Source of the DNA: Moniliella sp. 'wahieum'
Lineage: Eukaryota
DNA length: 58,739 nucleotides
Reading direction: 5' to 3'
Assembly: GCA_003971905.1 (NCBI GenBank)
Contig: RSEE01000172.1
Location: forward strand, 1 to 58,739
Below, one piece after another: positions 12,004-24,582 of this stretch (positions within the stretch are counted from its first letter, which is position 1; each line of letters opens with the position of its first letter). Below the pieces are notes generated by a model. The model was given only the letters and a program-made list of their open reading frames with translations, was not told where the DNA came from and did not search any database. Both the position numbers and the translations under genes were made by a program.

Positions 12004-13304
12004 TAAGGCTTGAAGGCGCTTAACCACAGGTATTTTGTGGTGCAGATTCGCGCTGCCTCGAGCGCTTACTTCGGAAGTGATCTAGATACTAGTAGTGCTC
12101 ATCGACATCACACACAATGTGGGAACAAAAGGAAAATCTTCAAGCACGTTTGCGGCCAAGTCAAAAATACGATTTTAATTGGGATCGCGGATTCGCAGGC
12201 CGTGTTGTACCGCGATTTGGGAAAGGGCTTGTTTTTGTACAGTAGCGATGGAAGTGTCACGGGCTGCGGCGGACACGAGATGGTCCGACCGAAGCTAAGG
12301 CCCGCCTGCTCCGCACATGCCCAGTAGAGCGTGCTCCGCACATGCCCAGTAGAGCGTGCTCCGCAGGCCAACCAAGTGTGGTGATGGTTGGCTAAATTAA
12401 GTATCGTGGCCGAAGGGCCATGCTCCGTGCGGCAATAGTCGCCCCCGCCCAAGTCCAAGTCGGCCGGCCTAAATAAGGCCACCGAGCTTCCAGTGCCGTG
12501 GCGGCGTCTGCCGCCCCGCCGTTTCCGTTCCTTTCTCGGTCGCGCCTGTGGCGACCAACCCCGCTTTTGACATGTTCCTTTCTACACCCCCTCTTGTATC
12601 CGTTCCCTTTTGATCTGCCTGTACCCCTGGTTGATGGGGATCCTTTCCCCCACCTTCCATTCTCGTCCCCACTCTCGTCTCCACTCTCGTCATCCTCTCG
12701 TCATCCTCTTGTCATCCTCTCGTCCTTTCCCGCCTATCCTGTCCGACCCCTGCCCGTTTTCCAGCCAATTGATCCAGTACAGGCAGCTCCTCTTGTTAGC
12801 GTCCGACATCTCCTCCGACCTCGTCCTCCAGCCCTTCGTCAGTCCAGTCGCGCGAGCCCTCCTTTGGTCACGTCGATTCCCAGTCTCAGTTGAGGCAGTG
12901 TTTGTCCGCCGCTGTCTCTCCTCCCGTCCCTAAGTCCCGGAGGCTTCAGACACGTTACTACGTCCCAAGCCGGTGCAGACGCAGCCTTGCTACACGTGCA
13001 GCCGCCCACCAAAGGCCTCTCCTCGTCCCTAGCTCCGCTCGGACACACCAACCAGCCTAAGCCCGAAACTACCGTGAGTCGACCTACCGTCGCCTAAGGG
13101 ATTGTACCCCAAAAACCCCAGGGCGGGCCCCCTGGCGGCGCCCGCACGTGACAGGAAGCGGGCTGTGGGCGACGACTCATTCTAAGGTTTGTAAGTGCAC
13201 AGATGTGGTGAGAGTAGGAAAGCAGAACCGAAACGAAAAAGGAAGAAAGTTTTACAGACCATGAACAAAAACCCCACACTCTTTGTTCTGCTCTTCTCTC
13301 TTAA

Positions 13305-13816
13305 GCTCTGTCAATGAAATTCTCTAGTGTGGTGCTCTACTGCTCCACTGCCCTCCATGCTCCAGAACACAGAGGGTGAGCAGCTTTGCGCTCAAGCCGT
13401 GAGTGTGTGCTGGGATGGGCGTCGAGAGGGAGCACTCAGGAAAGGGCTCGCGCTCATCCTGCGAAAGTGCACTGGCTGACTTGGGCGACGCCAACGCGAG
13501 CTGGGCGCTGAGGAAGGTTACGCGGTGCTTCGCTCAATCATCATGCCACACCCTACACATAGGTCACGTGCTAACCCGGCACGTATGCTGTGGGCAAAGC
13601 GGCCAAGGAGGTTACCTCGCCGCGTCTGAGCAATGGAGCTTCGAATCTGGAATGCGCGTATGCCCCACCCCTTGAAGGCGCACAAGGACCACCACAATGT
13701 ATATGATGTCTGCGTCGGTCAGCAGGCGGATGCTCTGGCCATTCGTCCACTTTGGCACTTCAGCAAACATGTCTCGCAAGCCCCTATATATACTGGATCC
13801 ATATCATTGACAGAGC
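13305..13816. mobile_element. 512-bp MITE with 13-bp TIRs (GCTCTGTCAATGA/TCATTGACAGAGC) flanked by TTAA
   Basis: TTAA at 13301-13304 and 13817-13820. The same terminus recurs at about 11297, 13855, 23698 and 32296. Confidence 0.75.
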
Positions 13817-13999
13817 TTAAGGCAAAAGTATCACTGCGCCGAGGAAACACATCTCATTGACAGAACTTAGGCTGGGACAACGAAACGCTGCGCATACACT
13901 GACCCGTTCATCCGGCGTGTGTTGCTTGTTAACGCCAACCTCGTCAAGGAACCATGGGAATCGCCAGGAGATCAGGGCCCTCTGGTGCCCGCCATCCGT

Positions 14000-14820
14000 T
14001 CCCATACCCGAGGAAGCGTGTGTAGATACGGACGAACGTGGTAGACATCCGAGCGATGAATATCTCCATGCAGTCAAATCCTTCCAGCGCCCAAGCATCT
14101 TGCCCGCTGTCTTGGTCGCATAGTGTCTTCGCGCCGTCAAAACCAAAAGGGGGAAAAGGGCTCTTGGGTGCGTCCCTGGTACGTGGTGTTCTTGTCGCAT
14201 TCTGCTTGTTCCAGCAGCCGAAGCAGCTTTGTCCTGGCGTTCCAAAGGCGTCGCGGTGCTCTCATGTACCACATCCGTCGGTACGCGGCCTGCTCCTCCT
14301 GCGTGCTCGAGTCGCGCAGCGTGTGGTCCACCTCCACCTCCATCCCTGATCCTCTGATTCCTCCAGGCCCCATCACGTGTGGTAGTCAGAGTGCATTGCC
14401 TTCCTCCCGCGCCCGTCACATCCTCTTCCTCCACAGTGGGCTCGTTGTGGGTGTGGGTGTCGGGGATGGAGCGCACGAGCTGGAGAACGAGGTCCCGCAC
14501 TGCCTCATGCAATGCACCAAACCTGACCTTGGTGCGGATGAAAGCCATATGATGTGCTGAACATGATGACACACTCGCGGCATGCTCCGTGTGGAGCGGC
14601 ATAGCATGTGGAGCGGCACAGCGTGCGGAGCGGAGACCAACCTCAACCTGCTTGTCGGCGAGCCGGAGGGACGGGGACGATGGAATGGAGGAGAGCTAAG
14701 TGAGGTTGAGCGGGTCGCGCTGCTCGACCACATTGGGACCACCCGGCATCGTCAATCTTCTGGAACAGTTCTTCTCGGCTCTTCTCCTACATTTCCCGTC
14801 TGCCCTGGCGTTGCTTCGTA
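14000..14820 (+). mobile_element. Possible decayed LINE 3' region (C-terminal CCHC zinc finger)
   Basis: CGC.G...ENEVPHCLMQC across a frameshift resembles the non-LTR ORF2 C-terminal knuckle. An A-rich tract occurs at about 15047-15059. Confidence 0.3.
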
Positions 14821-16899
14821 AATGTGTTCGCCGCCGCCGTGCTTGCTCCCGATCGGTCAACATAAGTGGTAATAAGATTATCGTTGGCCTCGTTGACCGC
14901 CCGTGCGTATTAGGGCGCAATACACGAGTAAAATGGGCTGCCGCATCCTCCCATTCCAGAGAGGCAGATTCATGAGCATGTCGAAGTGATAAACGTGATG
15001 GTTCAGGAACCATGTTGTCAGAGTGTATATCAGGGGCATGCAACTCAAAAGAAAAAAAAGGGCAGAAGAGGAAGCGATGCTGAAGGAAAGCGAGAGAAAG
15101 AGATGGTAGTGTGGTGTGCACTCTGACAAGACTCTTAAGCTAACTGGTAGGTATAGAAGGGAGAGTGACGGAGACAGTAACAGAGTGGGTACGTGGGCTA
15201 GCTATGTGACGTCACCGAATGACTAAGCTCGCTTCTGCATCCTGTGTCTCTCGCTTTCCCTTCCCTTTTGCTTCTGTTCTCTGCCTGATCTTTCTGTTTC
15301 CTCCCACGAACGATCTTGCCTTCCCCCCTCCTGACAGGACCTTGGTCTCCCTCGTTTAGCCCGACTGTTACAGTGACATGCGGTGTAATCAGAGTGACCA
15401 CGCTGACAGGCGAGAGCCTCAAACCCTGGGAAAGGGACATGTAGGATAACCTCCTCCCATTTCCAAATATTCGGTCCGGGAGCGTCTCGCTTCTTCTCTA
15501 TTCTTCCGCTTGGCGCCATGTCCTTGCTCTTGCTTCCTCCTCAGGAACGATTGCTACATCCCTTGCCATAGTCTCGGCTCTGGTCTCCCTCTCCTTAGGC
15601 CTTATAGCCGACTGTGATAGTTCCCGTTCCTGGCTGAGTGTAGCAATCTTTTCATTCTTGATCTGTGCTCCTTTCTACTGGACCCATGATCTCGATTCCT
15701 TTCCCCGTTTCTTCGTTGTGTTGTCTATATCCCTTGGAGGTCCTGCATGTATCACCCTCGATCCATGTTACATTCCCCTTAGCGTGTCATTTCGTCTTAT
15801 CATCCGTCTACTTCTTCTTGTTCGTCCACATTTCGTCTCTTTCTCTCGTCTTCGGTCGTTGTACAACACGCATTGCTTATCCATCGTTGACCCGCCATAA
15901 GGCAACTACCGTGTTACCTAGTTCACCACAGGTGACCCTTCCAATCTGCTGCTAGCGACCCTTCTTAGTCTTTACATCCTTTCGAGCAGGCATCCATTTC
16001 CGTCGATCGCCAACTATCAGTCTTCTGCCCTGACTTGCCTTCAGCTGCATCAAGCTTCCGACCAACCCATCAGAACCACGGATTACAGGTATACGTGTCC
16101 GGCTCCTTGCGGTGCATACGCAAACTTATCACGCAAGCGGACGCCCCAAGTCAGAGGCCTCGCCTCGTATCTAGCACCGTTTGGATCTGCTAGCAATGTT
16201 CTGGATCGATCCAATGTGTGAGTCTTGAGTGGCCTGTGCTCTTCTCCAAATGAAAGCATCCTTAAGTCATGGGTCGGGCTTCAGTACGGCGCCCGCCCAC
16301 ACGGCTGCGGACTTCGTATAAAAATTTCCATGTTCTGCGTCGTAGGGTTAAAGCGGGGGTTGTTTTTCGATGGGGCATATATAAACGTTGCTCATAGTTT
16401 TCCCGTGATCGGCGCCGCAGCGTAGCATTAATCTTTTTCCCGTTATAATGCTCTTGCAAATATCCCAACAAGCTGCGAAAGCACATACCAAAAGGGCAGA
16501 AGGCGAACAAGACAGCAGACATCTCCAACACTATTGTTATAGGTTGCATGCTAGCTATTAATAGTATATCAACGCCACTGACTTTTAGTGCTCGGCTATA
16601 TACTCTTCTATAGATTGTCTTCGTCGCTGTTGGTGTGGTTCATATGCTTGCTTCGCGTTGATGCAGCATTCCTATTCAAACTCTTCATCTTCGCTGGCAG
16701 GGTCCAAAACAGATGCGTGGGACGGACGACTGGTCCGCGCAATGGGCCTACGCCGCCTCGCGCCTCCCGGCGGTATGCTGAAGGGGCATCACCCCAAGCA
16801 GCCCGGCGGCGTTGAGCAATCACTTGCGCCAGTGTTTCGGCATCGCGCTGCTCTGTGCTCGGTTGTCCCAGGCGCAAATTGAGGTTGCTGTGGCCCTTG

Positions 16900-19240
16900 G
16901 AGGGGTTTTCAATGCGTACTCCACCAGCACATGCTTGAGATGCGCAACATGCCAAATAGAAGGCGTGGTGATTGTGATCGCCTCCAGCGTCCCCCCTGCG
17001 CCAATATCATGAATCGCCTAGAAATGGCCGTTTGGATCAATCTTGCACTTGCTCGAGCAGCAGTGCTGTAGCCCTACAAGGTTGCCAATCCGCTTTATCC
17101 GGGTCCAAAATGATCAGCCATGAGTGTTGCAACACAATACAAACACGTGGATATAGGGATGGTAAACGTACACTGGCCAAGGCGAATCGTTCAGCATGGC
17201 GGGGCAATTCTTCCACGATGCGGCAATCGGATTCAGGCTGAACACGCCCAGTTACAAGCATTGGCTTATAGACAATCCAGACCGAATCCAGGGGACCGTG
17301 CACCTTGTCAGTTGCAACGCCAATGGATTGAACCTCACCAATCGTAAACGGAGCTTGATTCCCGGATGGCTGGTCGGGACCTTCCATACGAATGGTTACC
17401 CGGTGACCTTCACTTACCACTCCCCGGTTTGGGCGACCACATTCTTGGCTTGGGTGAAATGGGGGTAAGTGAGCGACCTTTGCCTGATCATCTGCGGGAA
17501 TCGGGCACCTCGGTTGGGTCAGGCGAGGAAGAAAGTACCGATTCAAACCAAGATTTGGTTGATGTCGATAGCTTTTGAAGGTAACATATCCTTTCAGGCC
17601 ACGCATGCGCAGTGTTAGCCTCTAGCAACCATTGCATCACAAAAAGCGTTTGGCGGAGGGGGGGCGTACCGGGCGTTCTTTTGGCCCTGATATCAGCAAG
17701 CATTGAGCCATCAGATTCGCCGCACCGGGGGGGCGAGGCAACTGCAACTTCCTGTTCCCTTCCATTGAGGTAAGGTGAAACCAGGAGTCGCGTAGTATTG
17801 CTTTTACCTCTTTGCGCCAAAGCACGTGGATAATGTCGCGGCTGGGGTTATGTCCATTTTACGTGTTGCAGCCGCACGTGCAGGCCCTACTTGCGTCTCG
17901 AACCGGGCAGTATCAGCATTGAAAACTGGGCCGTAGTACCGAATGCAGGCCCGCACATGAGCAAAGAGAATGTGGAACTTGTGCTTCCGTTCCAAGAGTG
18001 TCTCTTCCCCGGGGATCAGCGACAATTTGCCGCGAGGTCAAACAGAGCTTGTTGAACAGAATCCTGCATGGAGAGAAAAATTAATTAGCTTCTTCTTTCA
18101 AAGATAAAGAGAAGTTGCGGGGGACTCACAAGGTAGTGCGACATTTCTGCGCGGTCGAACCACCGTTGTCGGAGCAACTGCTGTGCCTTCGCGGCGGATA
18201 CGAAGGCGGCGTGAAGGGGTCGGGGGGAAAACGAACTCGTACGCGACCTTCCGGGTAGGATCCTGCTTACTCTACCGACATCTTCAAGAGGTTCAAGCAT
18301 CGGGATCGCCGCATACGTGACTGCAACGAGCATCTTGGAAAAGTCATTGCCCTGGCAAGTTGCCAGGTTCTTCATCAACAGCTTGGCTTGGAGTGTCTTG
18401 CCGTCCACATTGGGTAACCCGGAAGTGTCAAGAGCGTAAAGAAACAAGGTTAGTTGATCTTTCGCCTTTGGCTGCAACTGTTGCGAAAGCATGCGGAGTA
18501 ACTCCTTGCCCGGACCAGGACATTTCGTCCAGTCCCTTTTTCGGTGTGCTCGTTTCTACAGACAGGCTGTCTTCTAAGAAAATTCAGCCAACGAGAGCCC
18601 TTCAAGGTAGCGCTGTTCGTTCTAGAATCTGCAAGGCTGCCTTCGGTAACATAAAGCCCTCAGGCCTCAGCAGCCCTCGGCGCCCTCAGCACCACTGTGG
18701 AGAAAAACATGCAGTCTAATTAAAGCTTTTTATTATCACGATGGCATCTATATACATTTTGGGCCTCCTAGTGTTGTTGCCACATCCACCGAGTAAGCGT
18801 CCAACATACCATACTCACATACATATGTGTGGCTGTCAACGAGCCGTACAAGGTGTCTGCACACACTCGATATTGTGAATGGTAACATTTCGGTAACGAT
18901 ATGTCCGGGACCGTTTATGAACTGCGCTTTGAATTCAGTTACGACTTTTGCGACGGTCTTAATTGTTTCCCAATAGTGCTCGCATAGCTGGATTGGTCCT
19001 TCGTTCCGCCGACGTGTACCCTTCCTTTTTTGACCAGTATTGCAAATAAGAGGCACATAATGATCAAGCTGATCCAGCAATAAGCTAGGCGGGCACTTTT
19101 GACTTCAGTATAGTTGGGACCCGTGGTCCGTACTATAGGCCAAGGCGCTCATCACCCTTCAAGCCACCCTGATTTGTCCTCCGAAGCATCCACGTGGTAT
19201 ACTCAGGCTTGTTTGAACCCTTGTCTCCTCTAGGTGTGGC
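16900..19240 (+). mobile_element. Highly degenerate LINE-like (APE/RT) remnant
   Basis: In the expected order: a C..C...G..DC knuckle (about 16940), HLVSCNANGLN..RKR..I..WL (APE N-terminal motif, about 17300), SLPGP(D)G (about 18505) and RGI.Q.C..PLSPL (about 19195-19232). No open frame remains. Confidence 0.4.
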
Positions 19241-19699
19241 ATAAGGTTAGACCTAACCATCACCATCGCGATTGCATTGCTCTACATTTCCAGAGGTTCT
19301 TCACCAACCCCTTGGGTTCATCCGATCTTACAGTATAGAAAGAAATACAGTTGCGGGGAGGGTTAGGGTCAGGGAGAGATCCCCACAATCTGCATCAACA
19401 ACCCTTTTGATGGAGTTGGATTATGCATGGCGCACCCTGCCCTTCTTTTGGTGGACAGGGGGGGGCGTGCAACACATTGCATTTCGGTCATCATGTGCTG
19501 CATCATTATGCATCATGCATCATGACCATGCGCGGTTGGTCATCTGCGTGGCCGTTGAGAAAATGCGTATTATACCAATAGTTAACTTGCCAAACGTGAA
19601 TATATGGACGTGAGCAAAGGGAGACTACAGACGGGCGGGTAAAAACATATTGGGCCAGGGCTCGCTGCTATCTTCGGGGGGCAAACGCATCGTCTGAAC

Positions 19700-21957
19700 A
19701 AGCTTCATCCTTTGTGCACGCACTCTGATCCAGCGACCGTGTGCACCGCGTTGGAAAAGAAGACGGCAATGCAAAATAGTATGTTAAGGCAACCAAGAGA
19801 AGGTAAGAATCCACTGGCACTAAAGTGGATCAGCAACAACAGTGATCATGGCCCATTGCCTCAGTTTCTGACCAGCAACAGACGCAAAAAGCGTTGGCCG
19901 GTGGAGGTAGACGGTATACCCTTTCAGAGTGCGGATGTGTGCGAGTGCTTTCCGGTAATCCCTGTGGTTCGTTCATTCCTAATTCGCCGCAGTTCCAGCA
20001 AACAGAGCTGCGCGTACCGATGCCCCCCGTATAGATTGATGGTCGGTGGAATGGGTCAGCGCAGATGGGGAATAGGTATTACCAGCAGATCACATTCAAG
20101 TAACCTTGCCATGCAAGACACCACTGATGGAGCATCGTTCTTGGTGGCACAGGAGTGGGCGCAATGCCTTTTCTTGAGAGTGGTATAGAAGGCGAGACTG
20201 GTAAAACAGAAAACGGTTCGCGATGTGCAGGGAAGGTGACGGGTGTGCTTAAACGATGGTGGACCTGGAGAAAGAAGGGTGGTCGCGAGAGTAAGCGACA
20301 TCAGTCTGGAAGAGGTAGAACCTTCAATCTCTGGATGGGGTGGGGAAGGGGGAGGGGAAAGGGAAAGGGAGGAGGGAGGAGACTGCAGCTATTAAGCAAA
20401 GCTGAGTGGAGTGAGGAAACATATGGTATGCGATTTGGATTATATGCATGAGGTGCGAGTGTGAAAAGACCAAGACATATGGAAGTCAGGAAAGGTTGAA
20501 TGGATAGATGGAAACAGGATCAGGAGGAGGCCATGCCGGTTCTGGTCGCCAAAAGTCTCGCATTGGCTCTTCAGTTGGGAGATGAGGGCCCAGGAGAGGC
20601 ACAGTGAGAGGTGGGGTCACCGCACCTCCATTCAGGGAAGGCCAAAGGGCAGGCTTTAGGGATTCATTGCCCCCGCACGAAGTGGTGGGGTATTAGAGAA
20701 AAAGAGCGATGCCGGGGGATCGGTGCAGCTTGAGGCAGTGGTCGGTGAATCGAGAGATGGAACCCCTCCCAAAGGGACGGATAAGGGAAAGACGAAAGAT
20801 GGGTCTGGAACAAAGGCTGCAAGAGCAGAGAAGAAATGCCTGGGTCGGAGGCCAAAGGCGCCTCGGGTGGAGAGGTGAAAATTGAGTCCTCTTGCTCCTC
20901 ATCAGGCAAGGCCTGCACCAGCCCTGACCCGCACAGGGCTTGTGAAGAGGGACGGGCATATGCCGTGCCGGTAATGTTCGGGAGGGAAAGACGATGTTTG
21001 AGAGACAGGCTGATATCATTCCATTCGAAGCCAAAGGGCTGGTGCGGGTTTCTTGCGGGTAGCTCCTCGCCTACCGTGACGGGGAGGGGCCCAAGAGCGG
21101 CATGTGTACTTTTGCTTGAGCCTGGGGACCTCGCAGTGCTGCCACTGGAGAAGAGGGGTGGCTTGTGGGGGATCAGGGTGGGGTACTGCGGCGGGGTGAA
21201 GGTGAGGCTGAGTGGTGTGGTCTGGCCCGAGTCGGCGGGGAGCAGAGTTTGGAGTGAGACTAGGCGCGACCGAGGGGAGACCAAGGAGATGCGTGAAGGC
21301 TGGGCTGCAGTCGTCGTCGTACAACTTTGTGTTGGCAGGACCAGGGGAGTCGAGCCATTTCTCCTTTACCCCACTCGACGCACCCGTGGCAAGGCCCGAG
21401 TGCAGTGGGGAGTGCGGAGGGGAAGGGGAATGCCCAAGGGCGTGGAAGACAACGTTGAATCGAGCTCGAAGCTGTAGGGGCAGGGCGCTGGGGGCAGGGA
21501 ATGCCGGCCCTGGGAGCGGATGCGTTGGCGGTCGTAGGTGCAAGGCTTGTAGGGCTGGGACACCTTACACCTCTCGCACGGCCGGCCTCCGTCGCAGCGG
21601 ACCTTGGCGCGGGCGCAGGCGTCGCAGGCCTGGGAGATGCGGAGCAGGGCAGAGCGCTCGCGGGTTGACATGGTGCGCAGGTTCAGGTGCCGTCTCTTTT
21701 CCTGGTCGACATGCATGCGGAGATGACGCTCGAGGACATCCTTGCGGCCAAACCGCTTGGAGCAGACGCTGCAGCCAAACGGAAGGGGGGAGCGTGCACA
21801 GCCTGGTGACGGGCCAGGTAATCGGGGCGCTGGAAGACCTGTGGCAGGTGGGGCAGACGGGGGTGGACGCGTGCCGGCGGCGCGGCGGAGCGGCGCCTAG
21901 CACCCGCACGCCGTGGGTGCTGGCGGCGGGGGTGGCGGCGGTGGGGACGGGGGACAT
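19700..21957 (-). pseudogene. Fungal transcription factor with 2x C2H2 plus Zn(2)Cys6 binuclear cluster, frameshifted and decayed at the C-terminus
   Basis: CPTCHRSF-QRPDYLARHQAVH, RFGRKDVLERHLRMH, SQACDACARAKVRCDGGRPCERC...PCTY. A YLHRPT motif typical of the fungal-TF middle domain lies at about 19890-19912. The 3' end is uncertain. Confidence 0.75.
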
Positions 21958-24437
21958 GGGGGGGCGGCGGCGGCGGCGGGCGGGGGGCGAGGGTGGGCAG
22001 GTGGGGCGAAGGGGTCGGACGCTTTAATATACGGGCAGGAGGTGATTGGGAAAGCGAGGGATGCACGGGGGCAAGAGTGCTGGCGTGTGCCAGGGCCAAG
22101 CAGGCGGCCGGAGGCACCCTACAGAGTGCGTGCAGGCCGACGCATTCTGAGATCTGAGATCTGCCGCGCTGGCGTCTGATCTGAGACCGAGTGCCATCCG
22201 TCCCCTGGGGGGGGCACTGTCGGAAATGCACCGGCTGCCGAAACGACACTGCGGCGACTGGCGAAGAATGCGAACGCACCCTGCGACGCCGAGTTAGAGG
22301 CTGGAAGATTGTTATTGAGCGGGAGCGCTGGGCCTGGGCAGCATTGCCCTTCCGGACGGACACACGTTTGCTCGGTACTATGTACTCGACGTACCCCACT
22401 GAGTACTACTGAGTACTGATTCAGTACCAGCCTGAGGACAATACGTCTGGGCATTCACATGCTCACATGTTCACACTAGCAAAAGCGCTTGGGTGCCATC
22501 GATGATCAACGTTCAACGTTCAACGTTCTACCTTCGACGTTCAGCTAGTCCCTATTCAACGTACCATGTACCAACGTACTCTACGTTAACTCCTGCCTTC
22601 ATTTTAGTCACTAGTCACTAGTCACTCCCACCATCCGAACGAGACGGCAGATGGACAGCCGTCACGCGTCACGGACACTGGCACCGCAGAAGGCAATTAC
22701 GGGGTACCGATTATCCGGTAATACATCCCAGTACCTCTATTACCTGTGTCAGGGTTGGATCCAGTACACAAAACATGTGTGAGTACACACGGTACGATGA
22801 GTAGGCTGCACCACTGTCACAGTGCAATGAGTACTGATTGATACTGAGGCCTGAGGAGGTCAGTCCGATGATTTGAAAAGTTGATACATACGGGAGCTGC
22901 GGATCAGGCTGTGTTCTGAGAGGGTTACGTCGTCTTCAGTGAGGCGTGGCTACAATAGCCACTTCCTAGTATTCGTACTAAAAAAAGTCGGAGTGATCAG
23001 TGACTTGACGAGTGATTCTCATGGGCACCAAACAGGGACAGCTGGGAATACGGATGGCGATGGAATTCGTATCTAGGGCGCGTGCCTTGCAGTGCCCGTC
23101 CTCTTTCAAGCCCCAGCACATTGGATGCATCACGCGTCACGAATGCCCCCCTCTTTTTCTGCCCCTGACTAAGTGGTGACTAGTGAGTGTGATTAGTGAC
23201 TGTCTTCAATGAGTGACTCGACTGGTTCATGACCAGGGCACTCAAGCGCCCAAGCGATCAGCGCTGCTCAGACCTCCCGCGAGTGACGAGCTGCTCCCTA
23301 GTCACTTGCACTTGCTTAGCGGCTCAGTGCTCAGCGGGGGCGCAGCATGTCTTAGATTTTAAGATCCTTCAAGGTCTCCAAGCTTCAGATCTATCTCAGA
23401 TCTCAGGCCTGAACCTCAGGCCTCAGGCCCCTCATTCCTCAGGATAGCTGCCGAGAAAACAGGCCACATAGGTTGGTGAAGCCGGAGCCCAAAGCGTCGA
23501 ATTGTGGCTTGAGGAGCTTGAGGGACTGCGGTAGGGACCGCGCGTCAGGTGCCGGGGACGCCCGACACGCGACAGGTTTCTCTGAAAGAGGTGATCGAGG
23601 TGATCGGTGATCTCCGATCATCGATCATCGATCATCGATCAAAGTTCAACGATTATTATTTCGTATTGAATCATCGATCAAATGTTTGTGTGCATTCCAT
23701 TGACAGAGCTTAAGGCTGGGACAGGGGGAACGCTACGTCTAAACCGAACCGTTCATCTTGCGGGGGTTACTTGGAGGCGCCACCAAGATTATATATGGGG
23801 CCGATGGAGGAAAGAAAAACAGGTGTTATATTCTCCGGTCTTTGCCTTACCGGTTCCCAGTTCCGGCTATATCGTAGTGTTCAGTTGAACGTGCAACGGA
23901 CGTTGACGTGAACGTAGGTTGAACGATGGAGCTATGAAGCTTGAAGGTTGAACGTTGAACGTTGATCGATGATCGTTGACGCGTTGCCGGAAGTGTCGGA
24001 TATCTACGTAAGCGCTAAGCCTCTTAGATCATAGATCTTACTTCTTCCTCTGAGATCTGATATCTGACATTGATCTTTGACAATATTGACACGTTGACAA
24101 TATTGACATGATGCATGATGCATGATAGAAGCCTGAGGCCTGAGGCGGCTCGGCGGCACGTCACCTTCATGCGTGAGCGCGTGAGCATAGCCTGGTTAGA
24201 CGTTAGGTGGCTGGCGGAACACACCAAGCGCGCCACGCGAGGAAGAAGGGAGAGAAGGGGAGAGGCAAGAGGCAAGAGGCAGGGAAGAACATTGAAAATT
24301 TGAGTGACGGGAACCCAGCTACTTATACCAAGCTTGTTGGTCGGCTCGGCACGGCGGCGCGCTGCTGGTCGAAGAGGAGGTTTGGGAGCGGCCTCTACTG
24401 GCTAAGAGTGATGGCAGCGAGAATGACTTGCCCGATG

Positions 24438-24582
24438 TTTAGACTGTGATCCCAGCTGCTCTTATCCCGGCTCGATAGCGTAGTGGTAACGCATCCCTGG
24501 CCCATAGGCGATGACATGGTTCGAATCCCATTCGAGTCTCCTTCTTTTCCTCACTATTTCCCCCGGGCTGTGCCTTCTCACA
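24438..24582 (+). mobile_element. Solo LTR (about 145 bp) containing a tRNA-like sequence (24469-24538), TSD CGATG
   Basis: T(G)TTAGACTGTGATCC...CTCACA flanked by CGATG at 24433-24437 and 24583-24587. Internal A box TAGCGTAGTGG and B box GGTTCGAATCC. Confidence 0.75.

Noticed and set aside
12308..12365. 25-bp duplications here and at about 6083-6132
   Set aside because: These are simple two-copy tandem duplications with no further structure, and could be assembly stutter.
24469..24538. Functional tRNA gene (also 30986-31054)
   Set aside because: The anticodon arm is non-canonical and both copies lie inside a TSD-flanked TG..CA repeat, so they are treated as mobile-element cargo.
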